Source: an uncultured Flavobacteriaceae bacterium
GTDB lineage: Bacteria > Bacteroidota > Bacteroidia > Flavobacteriales > Flavobacteriaceae
Direction of reading: 5' to 3'
Assembly: GCA_965601625.1 (NCBI GenBank)
Contig: CBFCWO010000006.1
Coordinates: 2,101 to 66,100 of the forward strand
DNA: 64,000 nt
This document shows positions 27,138 through 38,257 of this stretch, one piece after another. The notes beneath the pieces were generated by a model. It made no database searches. It saw only the letters and a program-made list of their open reading frames with translations, and was not told where the DNA came from. Within the stretch, counting starts at the first letter, position 1, and each line of letters begins with the position of its first letter. A program made the translations under genes and the position numbers.

Positions 27138-27960
27138 ACCAGGCTTTTATACGAGCATTCAGGATCGGGGTAGGTTTCACTCCCGGCATTTTGGAGTGCC
27201 TGTTTCAGGAGCCATGGATCAGGAGGCTTTAAAACGGGCCAATGCGTTACTGGAAAACCCGGCAGATGCAGCCGTTCTGGAAATTACCATGCAGGGGCCT
27301 GAACTCGAATTTGAAGCGCCTACATTCATAGTGCTGAGCGGAGCCCCCCTGGATGCCGAGCTGGATGGTGAAAAAATACAAATGGACCAGGTATATCCTG
27401 TACGTGCGGGAGCTTTGCTGACAAGCGGCCATGTACTTGAAGGATGCAGAAGCTATCTCGCCCTGAGAGGGGGGCTCCTCTCTGAAGAAAAGCTGGGCAG
27501 CCGTTCTCAGTATTTTCCAGTAACGGAGCAGCCCGCATTGAACCGGGGTATGGAAATTCCCTATAAGCCCTGCACGGAATTTGAACCCAAACTGCTCAAA
27601 TGGTCTACCCCAGGCCACCTGAGGGAGATAGAGTTAAAGGTTTACCCGGCCCCCGAGTTTGACCGTCTTACTCAGAAACAAATTCAACAGCTCTTTGAAG
27701 CAGAGTTCCAGCTGGCCAAGGAGCACGACCGCATGGCCTGCCAGCTAAGTCCGCAAATTGAGGGGCATTCCATGCAAATCATTACTTCCGCTACCCTTCC
27801 CGGCACGGTGCAGCTTACACCCTCCGGCCGGTTGATGATCCTTATGCGCGATGGGCAAACCACCGGAGGTTACCCGCGCATCCTGCAATTGGATGAGGAT
27901 TCCCAAAATCTTTTAAGTCAAAAAAGGTTCGGGGATAAGGTACGGTTTGTACGGATCTAA
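27121..27960 (+). CDS. pxpC: 5-oxoprolinase subunit C (biotin-dependent carboxyltransferase family)
   Basis: 'IQDRGR...GVPVSGAMD', 'AVLEIT', 'G.RSYLA..GG', 'PGTVQL' and 'QTTGGYP'. Confidence 0.92.
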   Translation: MLKIHKPGFYTSIQDRGRFHSRHFGVPVSGAMDQEALKRANALLENPADAAVLEITMQGPELEFEAPTFIVLSGAPLDAELDGEKIQMDQVYPVRAGALLTSGHVLEGCRSYLALRGGLLSEEKLGSRSQYFPVTEQPALNRGMEIPYKPCTEFEPKLLKWSTPGHLREIELKVYPAPEFDRLTQKQIQQLFEAEFQLAKEHDRMACQLSPQIEGHSMQIITSATLPGTVQLTPSGRLMILMRDGQTTGGYPRILQLDEDSQNLLSQKRFGDKVRFVRI

Positions 27961-27962
27961 AG

Positions 27963-28712
27963 CTATAGTTCGCGGTAAACCTCATTAAACGGGATCCTGA
28001 AACGGGGACCGTAAACGCCTTTTTCATCCCGGATCCCACAACCAATGATCATGGTGATTTCGGCAGCTCCTGGAAGGTCTAGAGCTCTTTTTACGCGGAG
28101 GGAATCGAACCCCTCCATAGGACAGGTATCATATCCAATTGCCGCCATGGAAAGCATAAAATTCTCAGCGGCCAGAGCAGTGCTTTTATGGGCTACTATA
28201 CGCATATCGGACCTTCGGACCTCCCGGTAAATTGGGCGAAACAGGCCGGTAACAGACGAGAAGACATACTTGATCCATCCCAGCAAACCGAGAAATTCGG
28301 TATACAGGGTAGGGATGAGTTTTCGATAATAATTCATCGCGAATTTTTCTCTCCGTTTCCAGGAGGTACCGCTCTTAGAACTGAACTGTTCCTTAAGGAA
28401 CGCAATATTGGCATCTGCCCGCTGCTTCCAAAGATCCCGCCTGGACAGTACTACAACCATTTGTGAGGCCGTCTTCGCTGCATTCTGGTCAAAACAGCAG
28501 GCGGTAAGTCGCTGAAGCAGGTCTTCGGAAGTGACATGAACAAATTCCCAGAGCTGCATATTGCTGCTTGTAGGTGCCAGCTGGGCATTTTCCAAACACT
28601 GACGTACGCGCTTTGTATCTATGGGATCTTCTTTGAAGACGCGCACTGACCTGCGGTAGGCAATAGCTTCACTAACGGTTCGTTCCATGTTCCCTGATTT
28701 TTGCATTGCCAA
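27963..28712 (-). CDS. Nitroreductase family protein
   Basis: 'RRSVRVF', 'APTSSNMQLW' and 'GYDTCPMEGFD'. Confidence 0.88.
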   Translation of the reverse strand: MAMQKSGNMERTVSEAIAYRRSVRVFKEDPIDTKRVRQCLENAQLAPTSSNMQLWEFVHVTSEDLLQRLTACCFDQNAAKTASQMVVVLSRRDLWKQRADANIAFLKEQFSSKSGTSWKRREKFAMNYYRKLIPTLYTEFLGLLGWIKYVFSSVTGLFRPIYREVRRSDMRIVAHKSTALAAENFMLSMAAIGYDTCPMEGFDSLRVKRALDLPGAAEITMIIGCGIRDEKGVYGPRFRIPFNEVYREL

Positions 28713-28872
28713 GATACGCTATATGGCACGGAATGGCGCCTTGGCTGTGGGATTGTTGAATATGGTATTTTGAACGCCGTAAATATCACACAAACAGACA
28801 GTTAAAAAAATATCCCCTAGAATGAGCGCCTAAGTGCCCGAATTATCAGGAATGACGGGGTTTACAAAGCCA

Positions 28873-28880
28873 TATCTTTG
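28873..28880 (+). promoter_or_regulatory. Bacteroidota sigma-A -7 element upstream of ilvD
   Basis: TATCTTTG matches TAnnTTTG and ends 39 nt before the ilvD ATG. No clear -33 TTG is present. Confidence 0.45.
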
Positions 28881-28919
28881 AAATTCCGGTGTATAATCCG
28901 GAAACCGTAAATCCAAAAA

Positions 28920-30593
28920 ATGCTCAATAAATTCAGTAAAAACATTACCCAGGACCCTACACAACCTGCGGCCCAGGCGATGCTTTACGCCCTGGGCCTT
29001 AATGAAGAGGACCTGAGCAAACCCCTGGTTGGCATTGCCAGCACGGGTTATGAAGGAAATCCCTGCAACATGCACCTCAATGAACTTGCCCGGCACGTCA
29101 AAGCGGGCACGCAGCAGGGAGATCTGGTAGGGCTTATTTTCAACACCATAGGAGTGAGTGATGGGATCTCTATGGGAACCTATGGGATGCGCTATTCCCT
29201 TCCGTCACGCGATATTATTGCGGACTCCATGGAAACGGTCGTGCAGGCCATGAACTATGACGGGCTGGTCACTGTGGTGGGTTGCGACAAGAACATGCCA
29301 GGAGCCCTTATGGCGATGATAAGACTGAATCGGCCTTCCATCATGGTCTATGGGGGAACGATCGCCTCGGGATGCCTGAACAACAAAAAACTCGATGTGG
29401 TCTCTGCCTTTGAAGCCTGGGGGCAAAAAGTTGCGGGCAACATGGACGAGAAACAGTATAAAGAGGTTATTCAGCACGCCTGTCCGGGACCCGGGGCCTG
29501 TGGGGGGATGTACACTGCCAATACCATGGCTTCGGCCATCGAAGCCCTGGGGATGTCCCTGCCATACAGCAGTTCTAACCCAGCGGTAGGGGACGAGAAA
29601 CACACCGATGCCTTCAAGGCTGGCGAGGCACTCCGGCATCTGCTGGAGGCGGACCTGAAACCTATGGATATCATCACCAGGGAATCCCTGGAGAACGCCG
29701 TGCGCCTGGTAGTCCTGATGGGAGGCTCTACCAATGCGGTGCTGCACTTTCTGGCCATCGCCCGGGCGGCTCAAATCCCTTTTACCCTGGAGGATTTCCA
29801 GCGTATCAGTGAACAGACGCCCTTCCTGGCAGATCTTAAGCCCAGCGGGAAATACCTCATGGAAGATGTTCACCGGGTGGGAGGCGTTCCGGCGGTCCTG
29901 AAGTTTATGCTGGACAACGGGTTGCTGCATGGGTCCTGTATGACCGTTACCGGAAAGACACTTGAAGAAAACCTGGCTGAAGTACCCCCGTTGAAGGAGG
30001 GACAACAAGTCATACATTCCCTGGATCAGCCTATAAAGGAAAACGGCCACCTTCGAATCCTTTACGGCAATCTGTCGCCCGGGGGCTCTGTGGCCAAGAT
30101 CACAGGAAAGGAAGGATTGCGCTTTGAAGGCCCGGCCAGGGTATTCGAAAGCGAATTCGATGCCAATGACGGGATAGGAGCCGGGAAGGTAAAGGCCGGG
30201 GACGTGGTGGTCATCCGCTATGAAGGGCCGAAAGGGGGGCCGGGAATGCCGGAGATGCTTAAACCTACCAGTGCCATCATGGGAGCCGGGCTCGGGAAAT
30301 CCGTAGCCTTGATCACTGATGGGCGATTTTCAGGGGGTACCCACGGATTTGTCGTGGGCCATGTGACTCCTGAAGCCCAGGTGGGTGGTCCCATCGCACT
30401 CCTGCAGGACGGGGATCAGATCACTATTGATGCAGAGCAGAATACGATTTCCGTTGCCTTGAGCCCTGAAGAGCTCGATAACCGAAGAAAGACCTGGGAT
30501 GCCCCTGAACTTAAAGTGAAAAGGGGAAGTCTTTATAAATATGCCAAAACCGTTTCATCGGCCTCTGAGGGCTGCGTAACGGATGAAATTTAA
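28920..30593 (+). CDS. ilvD: Dihydroxy-acid dehydratase
   Basis: 'PCNMHL', 'VSDGISMG', 'GCDKNMPG', '[12 protein letters not shown]', '[11 protein letters not shown]' and 'TDGRFSGG'. Confidence 0.98.
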   Translation: MLNKFSKNITQDPTQPAAQAMLYALGLNEEDLSKPLVGIASTGYEGNPCNMHLNELARHVKAGTQQGDLVGLIFNTIGVSDGISMGTYGMRYSLPSRDIIADSMETVVQAMNYDGLVTVVGCDKNMPGALMAMIRLNRPSIMVYGGTIASGCLNNKKLDVVSAFEAWGQKVAGNMDEKQYKEVIQHACPGPGACGGMYTANTMASAIEALGMSLPYSSSNPAVGDEKHTDAFKAGEALRHLLEADLKPMDIITRESLENAVRLVVLMGGSTNAVLHFLAIARAAQIPFTLEDFQRISEQTPFLADLKPSGKYLMEDVHRVGGVPAVLKFMLDNGLLHGSCMTVTGKTLEENLAEVPPLKEGQQVIHSLDQPIKENGHLRILYGNLSPGGSVAKITGKEGLRFEGPARVFESEFDANDGIGAGKVKAGDVVVIRYEGPKGGPGMPEMLKPTSAIMGAGLGKSVALITDGRFSGGTHGFVVGHVTPEAQVGGPIALLQDGDQITIDAEQNTISVALSPEELDNRRKTWDAPELKVKRGSLYKYAKTVSSASEGCVTDEI

Positions 30594-30618
30594 TTGTAGA
30601 AAAGGGAAGCAGCACAAT

Positions 30619-32352
30619 ATGGAAGAAGTAAAGCCTGTTGCCAAAACACAACCTGCCCAACCCACAATGCGGATTAGCGGGGCAGAAGCCATCATTCATT
30701 GCCTGATTGCTGAAGAGGTGGATGTGATGTACGGTTACCCCGGGGGTGCCATCATGCCGGTTTACGATGAACTCTATAAATTCAGGGATCAGTTGAATCA
30801 CGTCTTAACCCGCCATGAACAGGCTGCGACCCATGCGGCCCAGGGATACGCCAGGTCCAGCGGAAAGGTGGGGGTGGCCATTGCCACTTCGGGCCCAGGG
30901 GCCACCAACCTGGTGACAGGACTGGCAGATGCACAAATCGATTCCACGCCCATGGTCTGCATTACCGGACAGGTCCCCAGGCATTTACTGGGTTCGGATG
31001 CCTTTCAGGAAACGGACATCATAGGGATCTCCACTCCCGTGACCAAATGGAACTATCAAATCACTAAAGCCTCTGAAATACCGAAGGTATTAGCCGAGGC
31101 GTTTTATATCGCCCGATCGGGCCGCCCGGGTCCCGTGCTGGTGGATATTACCAAGAATGCCCAATTCGAGGAACTGGATTTTACCTATAAACCCTGCAAG
31201 GGCGTACGAAGCTATGTACCCGTGCCTCAGCCTGAGCCCAAAGCTATAGAGGCTGCAGCGGAACTGATCAACAATGCCAAAAAACCATATATCGTCTACG
31301 GGCAGGGGGTGATCCTCGGAGGGGCAGAAGAAGAACTGAAGGCCCTGGTGGAAAAGGCAGGTATTCCCGCGGCGTGGACCATCCTTGGTTTGTCTGCCAT
31401 GGATTCCAGTCACCCGCTTAATGTGGGCATGGTTGGCATGCATGGGAATTATGGCCCCAATGTGCTCACCAATGAATGCGATGTGCTGATCGCTATCGGA
31501 ATGCGCTTTGATGATCGGGTAACGGGAAGCCTGGATACCTATGCCAAACAGGCGAAGATCATCCATTTTGAGATCGACCCGTCTGAAGTCAATAAAAATG
31601 TAGCCGTTGATGTGGCCGTCCTGGGTGATGCCAAAGAAACCCTGTCACTGTTGTTGCCGAAGATTCAGAAGAACAGCCACAGCTCCTGGAGGAAGGAATT
31701 CGACCTCAAATACGAAGAAGAATACGAGACCGTCATCCACAAAGACATACATCCGACAAAGCCCGGGCTGACTATGGGGGAGGTCATCGAGGAGATCAAC
31801 GGGGCCACTGGAGAACAGGCCATTATTGTAACAGATGTGGGACAGCATCAGATGGTTACCTGCAGATATGCCAGGTTTAAACAATCCAAAAGCAATATCA
31901 CCTCCGGCGGGCTCGGCACCATGGGGTTTGCGCTTCCGGCGGCCATTGGCGCTAAAATGGGCGCTATGGAACGTGAAGTCGTAGCCGTGATTGGGGATGG
32001 GGGATACCAGATGACCATTCAGGAGCTGGCTACGATCTATCAGAACAAGCTCCCGGTGAAGATCGTGGTGTTGAACAATGATTTCCTGGGAATGGTCCGC
32101 CAGTGGCAGGAGCTCTTTTTCGAACGCCGCTACGCCTCGACCGTGATGGTGAATCCGGATTTCGTGAAAATAGCGGAAGGGTATTACCTGAAGGCCCGCA
32201 GGGTAGAGAAGCGGGAGGAACTGGCGGAGGCGGTCTCTGAAATGATCGCCTCAAAGGAGCCCTACTTTCTGGAGGTCCGTGTTGAAAAAGAGGACAACGT
32301 ATTTCCGATGATCCCTTCCGGGGCATCGGTCTCTGAGATCCGCCTCAAATAA
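30619..32352 (+). CDS. ilvB: Acetolactate synthase large subunit
   Basis: 'GYPGGAIMP', 'RHEQ', 'TSGPGATN', 'FQETD', 'GMRFDDRV' and ThDP motif 'GDGGYQM...LNN'. The start is placed at MEEVK. Confidence 0.97.
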   Translation: MEEVKPVAKTQPAQPTMRISGAEAIIHCLIAEEVDVMYGYPGGAIMPVYDELYKFRDQLNHVLTRHEQAATHAAQGYARSSGKVGVAIATSGPGATNLVTGLADAQIDSTPMVCITGQVPRHLLGSDAFQETDIIGISTPVTKWNYQITKASEIPKVLAEAFYIARSGRPGPVLVDITKNAQFEELDFTYKPCKGVRSYVPVPQPEPKAIEAAAELINNAKKPYIVYGQGVILGGAEEELKALVEKAGIPAAWTILGLSAMDSSHPLNVGMVGMHGNYGPNVLTNECDVLIAIGMRFDDRVTGSLDTYAKQAKIIHFEIDPSEVNKNVAVDVAVLGDAKETLSLLLPKIQKNSHSSWRKEFDLKYEEEYETVIHKDIHPTKPGLTMGEVIEEINGATGEQAIIVTDVGQHQMVTCRYARFKQSKSNITSGGLGTMGFALPAAIGAKMGAMEREVVAVIGDGGYQMTIQELATIYQNKLPVKIVVLNNDFLGMVRQWQELFFERRYASTVMVNPDFVKIAEGYYLKARRVEKREELAEAVSEMIASKEPYFLEVRVEKEDNVFPMIPSGASVSEIRLK

Positions 32353-32395
32353 CGAAACCCGGTTTGACACCTTTGAAACAAATTAGATAAGCAGC

Positions 32396-32923
32396 ATGGA
32401 TAATAAATGGTTTACCATTTCAGTATATTCCGAAAACCATGTGGGATTGCTGAACCGCATTTCCGGAATATTCTTAAAGCGACATATTAATATAGAAAGC
32501 TTAAATGTTTCTAAATCAGAAATTGAAGAGGTTTCTAAGTTTACCATTGTAGTCTATACGACGGATTACTGGACCCGCCATATCGTGGCGCAGATCGAAA
32601 AGCAGATCGAGGTGATCAAGGCGTTCTACCATACGGATGAGGAAACCATCTATCAGGAGTCGGCCCTGTTTAAGATCGCTTCCCATCTGTTGTTTGACGA
32701 ACGCGAAATTCAAAACATCATCAAGGAAAGCCATAGCCAGATCGTCACGGTCAGCCGGGATTTCTTTGTACTGGCAAAAACGGGGCGCAGGCACGAAATC
32801 GACCAGATGTACCACGAATTGGAGCCCTACGGCATCATGCAGTTCGTGCGGTCCGGCAGGATTGCCGTGACGAAGGCCGAAATGCAGATTACGGCCCTTT
32901 TGGAGAAGTTTCATCACGCATAA
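32396..32923 (+). CDS. ilvN: Acetolactate synthase small (regulatory) subunit
   Basis: ACT domain 'ENHVGLLNRISGIF..R.INIESL' and C-terminal 'FVRSGRIA'; located between ilvB and ilvC. Confidence 0.95.
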   Translation: MDNKWFTISVYSENHVGLLNRISGIFLKRHINIESLNVSKSEIEEVSKFTIVVYTTDYWTRHIVAQIEKQIEVIKAFYHTDEETIYQESALFKIASHLLFDEREIQNIIKESHSQIVTVSRDFFVLAKTGRRHEIDQMYHELEPYGIMQFVRSGRIAVTKAEMQITALLEKFHHA

Positions 32924-32962
32924 GATTTTTAAATACACTAAACAGCTATAAAGAACTAAGAA

Positions 32963-34438
32963 ATGGCGAATTACTTCAACACCCTTTCACTGCGGGAAAA
33001 ACTCGAACAACTTGGAAAATGCCGGTTCATGGAGGCCTCCGAATTTTCTGATGGGGTGGAAGCCCTGAAAGGAAAGAAGATCGTAATCGTGGGTTGCGGG
33101 GCCCAGGGCTTGAACCAGGGGCTGAACATGCGGGACTCCGGACTGGATATTTCGTATGCGCTGCGTGCTGCGGCCATCGAAGAAAAGCGGGCTTCCTACA
33201 AAAATGCCACAGAGAATGGTTTTACCGTGGGTACCTATGACGAGTTGATCCCCAATGCGGATCTGGTGATCAACCTTACCCCTGATAAGCAACACACCGC
33301 CGTGGTCGGGGCGGTCATGCCCCTGATGAAGAAAGGGGCCACATTGTCGTATTCCCATGGTTTCAACATCGTCGAAGAAGGCATGCAGGTACGGAAAGAC
33401 CTTACGGTGATCATGGTGGCTCCCAAAAGCCCTGGCTCTGAGGTACGGGAGGAATACAAGCGTGGTTTTGGGGTGCCGACCCTTATTGCCGTGCACCCGG
33501 AGAACGATCCGGAGGGGAAGGGGCTGGCACAGGCCAAGGCGTATGCCGCTGCCACCGGAGGGCATAAAGCCGGGGTGCTGGAGTCTTCCTTTGTGGCCGA
33601 GGTTAAATCGGACCTCATGGGGGAACAAACCATCCTATGCGGCCTGCTGCAAACCGGTTCCATTCTGAGTTTTGACAAAATGGTGGCCGAAGGCATAGCG
33701 CCCGATTACGCGGCCAAGCTGGTTCAATACGGGTGGGAAACCATTACCGAAGGATTGAAGTACGGGGGAATCACCAATATGATGGATCGCCTTTCCAACC
33801 CGGCGAAGCTGGAGGCATTCCGGCTATCGGAGGACCTTAAGGCAATCATGCGTCCCCTGTTCAGAAAACATATGGACGATATAATGAGTGGTCATTTCTC
33901 CAGCACCATGATGGCGGACTGGGCCAATGGTGATGCAGACCTGTTGAAATGGCGAGCCGCCACAGGGGAGACCCATTTTGAGAAAACTGACGCTGGAAAC
34001 CAGTCCATAAGCGAGCAGGAATACTACGATAAGGGGGTCCTTATGATAGCTTTTGTTCGGGCAGGGGTGGAGCTGGCCTATGAATCCATGACCGAATCGG
34101 GAATCATTGGGGAATCCGCTTATTATGAGTCCCTGCATGAAACCCCGCTTATCGCCAATACCATCGCGCGGAAAAAACTCTTTGAAATGAACCGGGTGAT
34201 CTCCGATACGGCGGAATACGGGTGTTACCTTTTTGATCATGCCTGTAAACCACTCCTGGCCGACTTTATGAAGGGCATATCCACAGAGGTGATCGGCAAA
34301 GTATATGGAGAAGGCCAGGATAATGGCGTGGACAACGCACAGCTGATCGAGGTAAATCGATTGATACGCAACCATCCCGTCGAGGTGGTAGGGGCGCGGT
34401 TGCGGGAATCCATGACCGCCATGAAACCTGCAATCTGA
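32963..34438 (+). CDS. ilvC: Ketol-acid reductoisomerase, long (class II) form
   Basis: 491 aa with 'GCGAQG', 'LTPDKQH', 'YSHGF', 'VAPKSPG' and '[12 protein letters not shown]'. Confidence 0.98.
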   Translation: MANYFNTLSLREKLEQLGKCRFMEASEFSDGVEALKGKKIVIVGCGAQGLNQGLNMRDSGLDISYALRAAAIEEKRASYKNATENGFTVGTYDELIPNADLVINLTPDKQHTAVVGAVMPLMKKGATLSYSHGFNIVEEGMQVRKDLTVIMVAPKSPGSEVREEYKRGFGVPTLIAVHPENDPEGKGLAQAKAYAAATGGHKAGVLESSFVAEVKSDLMGEQTILCGLLQTGSILSFDKMVAEGIAPDYAAKLVQYGWETITEGLKYGGITNMMDRLSNPAKLEAFRLSEDLKAIMRPLFRKHMDDIMSGHFSSTMMADWANGDADLLKWRAATGETHFEKTDAGNQSISEQEYYDKGVLMIAFVRAGVELAYESMTESGIIGESAYYESLHETPLIANTIARKKLFEMNRVISDTAEYGCYLFDHACKPLLADFMKGISTEVIGKVYGEGQDNGVDNAQLIEVNRLIRNHPVEVVGARLRESMTAMKPAI

Positions 34439-34486
34439 ACTATAGATCACGGAATCCCTGGATTCAATAAATAGCAAGATCACCAT

Positions 34487-36076
34487 ATGGAAACAACCAA
34501 GCCAATCCCACAAGCATATCAGATCGCTGAACCGATTCATCAGCAGGAATACCTGGTAAACGGGGAATTGCGAAAATGGGAAGGATCGACTTCTGAAGTG
34601 CATTCGACCATTTCTGCCCAGACGCCTTACCAGCCCACATTGCTGGGAAGCATTCCAACCATGGGAGAATCAGAGGCCATGGAAGCCCTGGAGGCTGCCC
34701 TGGAAGCCTATGACGAAGGCAAAGGGGACTGGCCAACCATGAAGGTGAGTGACCGCATCTCGTGCATGGAAACCTTTGTGAAGAAAATGGAGGAAAAGCG
34801 GGATGTGGTGGTAAACCTCCTGATGTGGGAGATTGGCAAATCCCTGCCAGATTCTGAAAAGGAATTCGACCGGACGGTTGAATATATTTACGACACCATT
34901 GAGGACTATAAGCAGCTGGACCGCAACAGTGCCCGATTCTCAAAGCACGACGGGGTATATGCGCATATCCGGAGGGGACCCCTGGGCGTTGTGCTATGCC
35001 TCGGGCCCTACAATTATCCCCTGAACGAGACCTTTGCCTTGCTGATTCCGGCGATTATCATGGGGAATACCACGATTTTCAAGCCCGCTAAACACGGCGT
35101 ATTGCTCATAACGCCCTTACTGGAGGCATTTAGGGATAGCTTCCCCAAGGGGGTGGTCAATGTGCTGTTCGGCAGGGGGAGGGCCGTAGCGGCTCCCATT
35201 ATGAAAACCGGCAAGGTGGACGTGCTTGCGCTTATAGGAAACAGCAAATCCGCCAATGCGCTTCAGGATCAGCACCCGAAAAGCAACCGGCTTCGACTGG
35301 TCCTGGGCCTGGAAGCCAAGAACCCAGCTATTGTGTTGCCTGATGCCGATTTGGATCTAACGATACAGGAATGCATAGCAGGTACGCTTTCCTACAACGG
35401 GCAGCGGTGTACGGCCCTGAAGATCGTTTATGTACATAAGAAGATCCGGGAGGAATTTCTGCAGAAGTTCTGCAAGGCGGTGGATGCACTGCCATTTGGA
35501 AACCCATGGGATCCCGGGGTAAAGCTCACGCCCCTTCCGGAACCCGACAAGCCGGATTACATTCAGGAACTGATCGATGATGCCCTGGCCAAGGGAGCCC
35601 GTATCCTGAACAAAAGGGGAGGGGAGCGCACGGAGAATTATATCTGGCCCGCTGTCCTGTATCCGGTTACCCCGGATATGCGCGTTTATGAAGAAGAACA
35701 ATTCGGCCCGGTGATCCCGGTGGTTTCCTTTGAGAAGATTGAAGAGCCCCTGAACGATATGGCCGCGAGCAATTACGGCCAGCAGGTTAGTTTGTTCGGA
35801 AGGGATATTCAGGCCCTGGGGCCGCTGATCGATACCCTGGTAAACCTGGTTTGCCGTGTAAACCTGAACAGTTCCTGCCAGCGTGGCCCTGATGTTTATC
35901 CGTTTACCGGCCGCAAGGATTCGGCCCAATCCACTTTGAGCGTGCACGATGCCCTGAGGTCCTTTTCTATACGGACCTTTGTCGCATTTAAGGACAATTC
36001 GCTGAATGTGGAGACCGTAGAGGATTTATTGGGGTCCAGACTTTCCAACTTCATCAGCACGGAATATTTGCTTTAA
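34487..36076 (+). CDS. gapN: NADP-dependent non-phosphorylating glyceraldehyde-3-phosphate dehydrogenase (ALDH superfamily)
   Basis: 'GPYNYPLNE', 'FKPAKHG', catalytic 'NGQRCTA' and 'EEQFGP'. ALDH membership is certain; GapN specificity is inferred from resemblance. Confidence 0.8.
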   Translation: METTKPIPQAYQIAEPIHQQEYLVNGELRKWEGSTSEVHSTISAQTPYQPTLLGSIPTMGESEAMEALEAALEAYDEGKGDWPTMKVSDRISCMETFVKKMEEKRDVVVNLLMWEIGKSLPDSEKEFDRTVEYIYDTIEDYKQLDRNSARFSKHDGVYAHIRRGPLGVVLCLGPYNYPLNETFALLIPAIIMGNTTIFKPAKHGVLLITPLLEAFRDSFPKGVVNVLFGRGRAVAAPIMKTGKVDVLALIGNSKSANALQDQHPKSNRLRLVLGLEAKNPAIVLPDADLDLTIQECIAGTLSYNGQRCTALKIVYVHKKIREEFLQKFCKAVDALPFGNPWDPGVKLTPLPEPDKPDYIQELIDDALAKGARILNKRGGERTENYIWPAVLYPVTPDMRVYEEEQFGPVIPVVSFEKIEEPLNDMAASNYGQQVSLFGRDIQALGPLIDTLVNLVCRVNLNSSCQRGPDVYPFTGRKDSAQSTLSVHDALRSFSIRTFVAFKDNSLNVETVEDLLGSRLSNFISTEYLL

Positions 36077-36093
36077 GGGAACGGCCGAAAAAA

Positions 36094-37614
36094 TCAGGCG
36101 CAAATATTGAGCATTTTCTCCGTGGCCTTTATGGCTGAAACGGTCTGGTCAGAATCCAGTCCCCGCGTAGTGAATTCACGATCCCCGTTTTCCCATGTGA
36201 TCACAGTCTCGCAGAGGGCATCTGAATTAGACCCAGGAGGAATCCGAACGGCGTAGTCGGTAAGGTCGGGAAGCGGTTTTTTCAGGGTTTGGTAAATCTT
36301 CCGCAGCGCATTCATAAACGCATCGAATTGTCCGTCGCCTCGGGCATTCTCTTCATAGATTTTACCAGCGATCTCAACGGCCACTGTGGTAGTGGGCTGA
36401 AGTCCTTTGGCATGGGTCAGCACATAGGATTGGATAAATACCTGTCTTTGGGAAGTCTCACTGCCCAGCACGTCGGAGATGATATAGGGAAGGTCCTCCC
36501 GGGTGACTTTTTCCTTTTTATCCCCCAGTTCAATGATGCGGGCGGTGACCTGTTTCAGCTCTGTATCGCTTAGGGAAAGTCCCAGATCCTGTAGGTTCTT
36601 TTCAATATTCGCCTTGCCAGAGGTTTTCCCGAGTGCATACCTGCGTTTGCGCCCAAAACGCTCGGGCATCAGGTCATTGAAATACAGGTTTTTCTTGTTG
36701 TCCCCATCTGCATGGATCCCGGCCGTCTGTGTAAACACATTGTCTCCCACAATGGGTTTGTTGGCTGGAATACCGATTCCTGTAAACGCAGAAACGAGCT
36801 TGCTTACCTTGTAGAGGGCGGCTTCTTTGATGCCGATGTGCACTTCGGGAAGAAAATCGTTGATAACGGCAACCACACTTGCCAGAGGGGCATTCCCGGC
36901 CCGTTCACCCATGCCATTTACCGTTAGGTGCAATCCATGGACCCCCGCCCGAACAGCTTCCAAAACATTGGCAACGCTCAAATCGTAATCATTGTGGCCG
37001 TGGAAGTCGAAGTGCAGTGCCGGATAGCGGGTTATGATCTCATTTAGAAAAGTTCGGGATTCGTCCGGGGTCAATACCCCCAGGGTATCCGGCAGCAAGA
37101 CCCGCTGCACGGGCTGGGTTTGAAGGAAGTCGAGGAATTCCATCACGTAGGACCTGGAGTTCCGCATGCCATTGCTCCAGTCTTCCAGGTAAACATTGGA
37201 CTGGATCTGTAGATCAGCGGCTTGCTTCAGGCTATCGGCCACCTCCCCGAAATGGACCTCCGGGGTCTTTCGAAGCTGGTGGGTAAGATGGTTCATGGAG
37301 CCTTTGGTCAGCAGGTTTTGGGTGATGGCGCCTGCCTTTTGTATCCAGTCCAAGGACGCCCCCTGATCCACAAAGCTCAATACCTCCACCTGCCTGAGCA
37401 ATTCGGCCTCTTTGGCCCATTTGGTGATCTGACGGACCGATTCAAATTCCCCCTCTGAAACACGGGCGGAAGCCACTTCGATCCGGTCTACCTTGAGTTC
37501 CTCCAGCAGGAGGCGGGCCAGGGTTAGTTTCTCGGGGGCCGTAAAAGAGACTCCTGAGGTCTGTTCCCCATCCCTGAGGGTGGTATCCATGATCTCTATA
37601 CGCCGGGGGGCCAT
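36094..37614 (-). CDS. cimA: Citramalate / 2-isopropylmalate synthase family, probably (R)-citramalate synthase
   Basis: 'DTTLRDGEQT', 'HGHNDY', 'GMGERAGN', 'TAGIHADG' and a LeuA-type regulatory C-terminus. The N-terminus resembles the CimA-type clade rather than classical LeuA. Confidence 0.72.
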   Translation of the reverse strand: MAPRRIEIMDTTLRDGEQTSGVSFTAPEKLTLARLLLEELKVDRIEVASARVSEGEFESVRQITKWAKEAELLRQVEVLSFVDQGASLDWIQKAGAITQNLLTKGSMNHLTHQLRKTPEVHFGEVADSLKQAADLQIQSNVYLEDWSNGMRNSRSYVMEFLDFLQTQPVQRVLLPDTLGVLTPDESRTFLNEIITRYPALHFDFHGHNDYDLSVANVLEAVRAGVHGLHLTVNGMGERAGNAPLASVVAVINDFLPEVHIGIKEAALYKVSKLVSAFTGIGIPANKPIVGDNVFTQTAGIHADGDNKKNLYFNDLMPERFGRKRRYALGKTSGKANIEKNLQDLGLSLSDTELKQVTARIIELGDKKEKVTREDLPYIISDVLGSETSQRQVFIQSYVLTHAKGLQPTTTVAVEIAGKIYEENARGDGQFDAFMNALRKIYQTLKKPLPDLTDYAVRIPPGSNSDALCETVITWENGDREFTTRGLDSDQTVSAIKATEKMLNICA

Positions 37615-37642
37615 AGTATCCTATTTATTTCGGTTGTCAGAA

Positions 37643-38239
37643 CTATAATGGGGTGTTGACCGCGAAGGACTCTATTTCCGCTTTCATGTTGAGCAGATAA
37701 TCGATATCATCGAACCCGTTCAGCATATTTTGTTTTTTATAGCCATTGATCTCGAAGGTTTCTTCCTCCTGGCTGCCCAGGATGCGAATGGTCTGTGCGG
37801 GGAGGTCCACTTCGAGCGCTGTATTGGGGTCGGCCTCTATGGCCTGAAAGATCTTTTGCAGAAATTCGGGACTTACCTGCACGGGCAGGACCCCTACATT
37901 GAGGCAGTTGTTGCGAAAGATGTCTGCGAAGAAGCTGGAGACCACGCACCGAAAGCCATAGTCATAAACTGCCCAGGCTGCATGTTCCCTGGAGGACCCG
38001 GAGCCGAAATTCTTTCCTCCCACAAGGATCTTTCCGCCATACAGGGGGTTGTTGAGCACAAAATGCTCCTTAGGCGTGTTGTCTGGATTATAGCGCCAAT
38101 CCCTGAAGAGGTTATCCCCAAAACCTTTTCGCTCCGTGGCCTTCAGGAAGCGCGCAGGGATGATCTGGTCTGTATCCACATTCTCAATGGGCAGTGGAAC
38201 CGCCGTGCTTTTCAGTATATTGAATTTATCGTAAGCCAT
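37643..38239 (-). CDS. leuD: 3-isopropylmalate dehydratase small subunit
   Basis: '[13 protein letters not shown]' and '[11 protein letters not shown]'. Confidence 0.97.
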   Translation of the reverse strand: MAYDKFNILKSTAVPLPIENVDTDQIIPARFLKATERKGFGDNLFRDWRYNPDNTPKEHFVLNNPLYGGKILVGGKNFGSGSSREHAAWAVYDYGFRCVVSSFFADIFRNNCLNVGVLPVQVSPEFLQKIFQAIEADPNTALEVDLPAQTIRILGSQEEETFEINGYKKQNMLNGFDDIDYLLNMKAEIESFAVNTPL

Positions 38240-38257
38240 ATCTCAGCAATTCCAATG

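Noticed and set aside
29205-30050. 281-aa minus-strand ORF, and similar long ORFs opposite ilvC, uvrD, recG, the E1 gene and the TBDR
   Set aside because: Antisense shadows of well-supported genes, with no independent evidence of coding.
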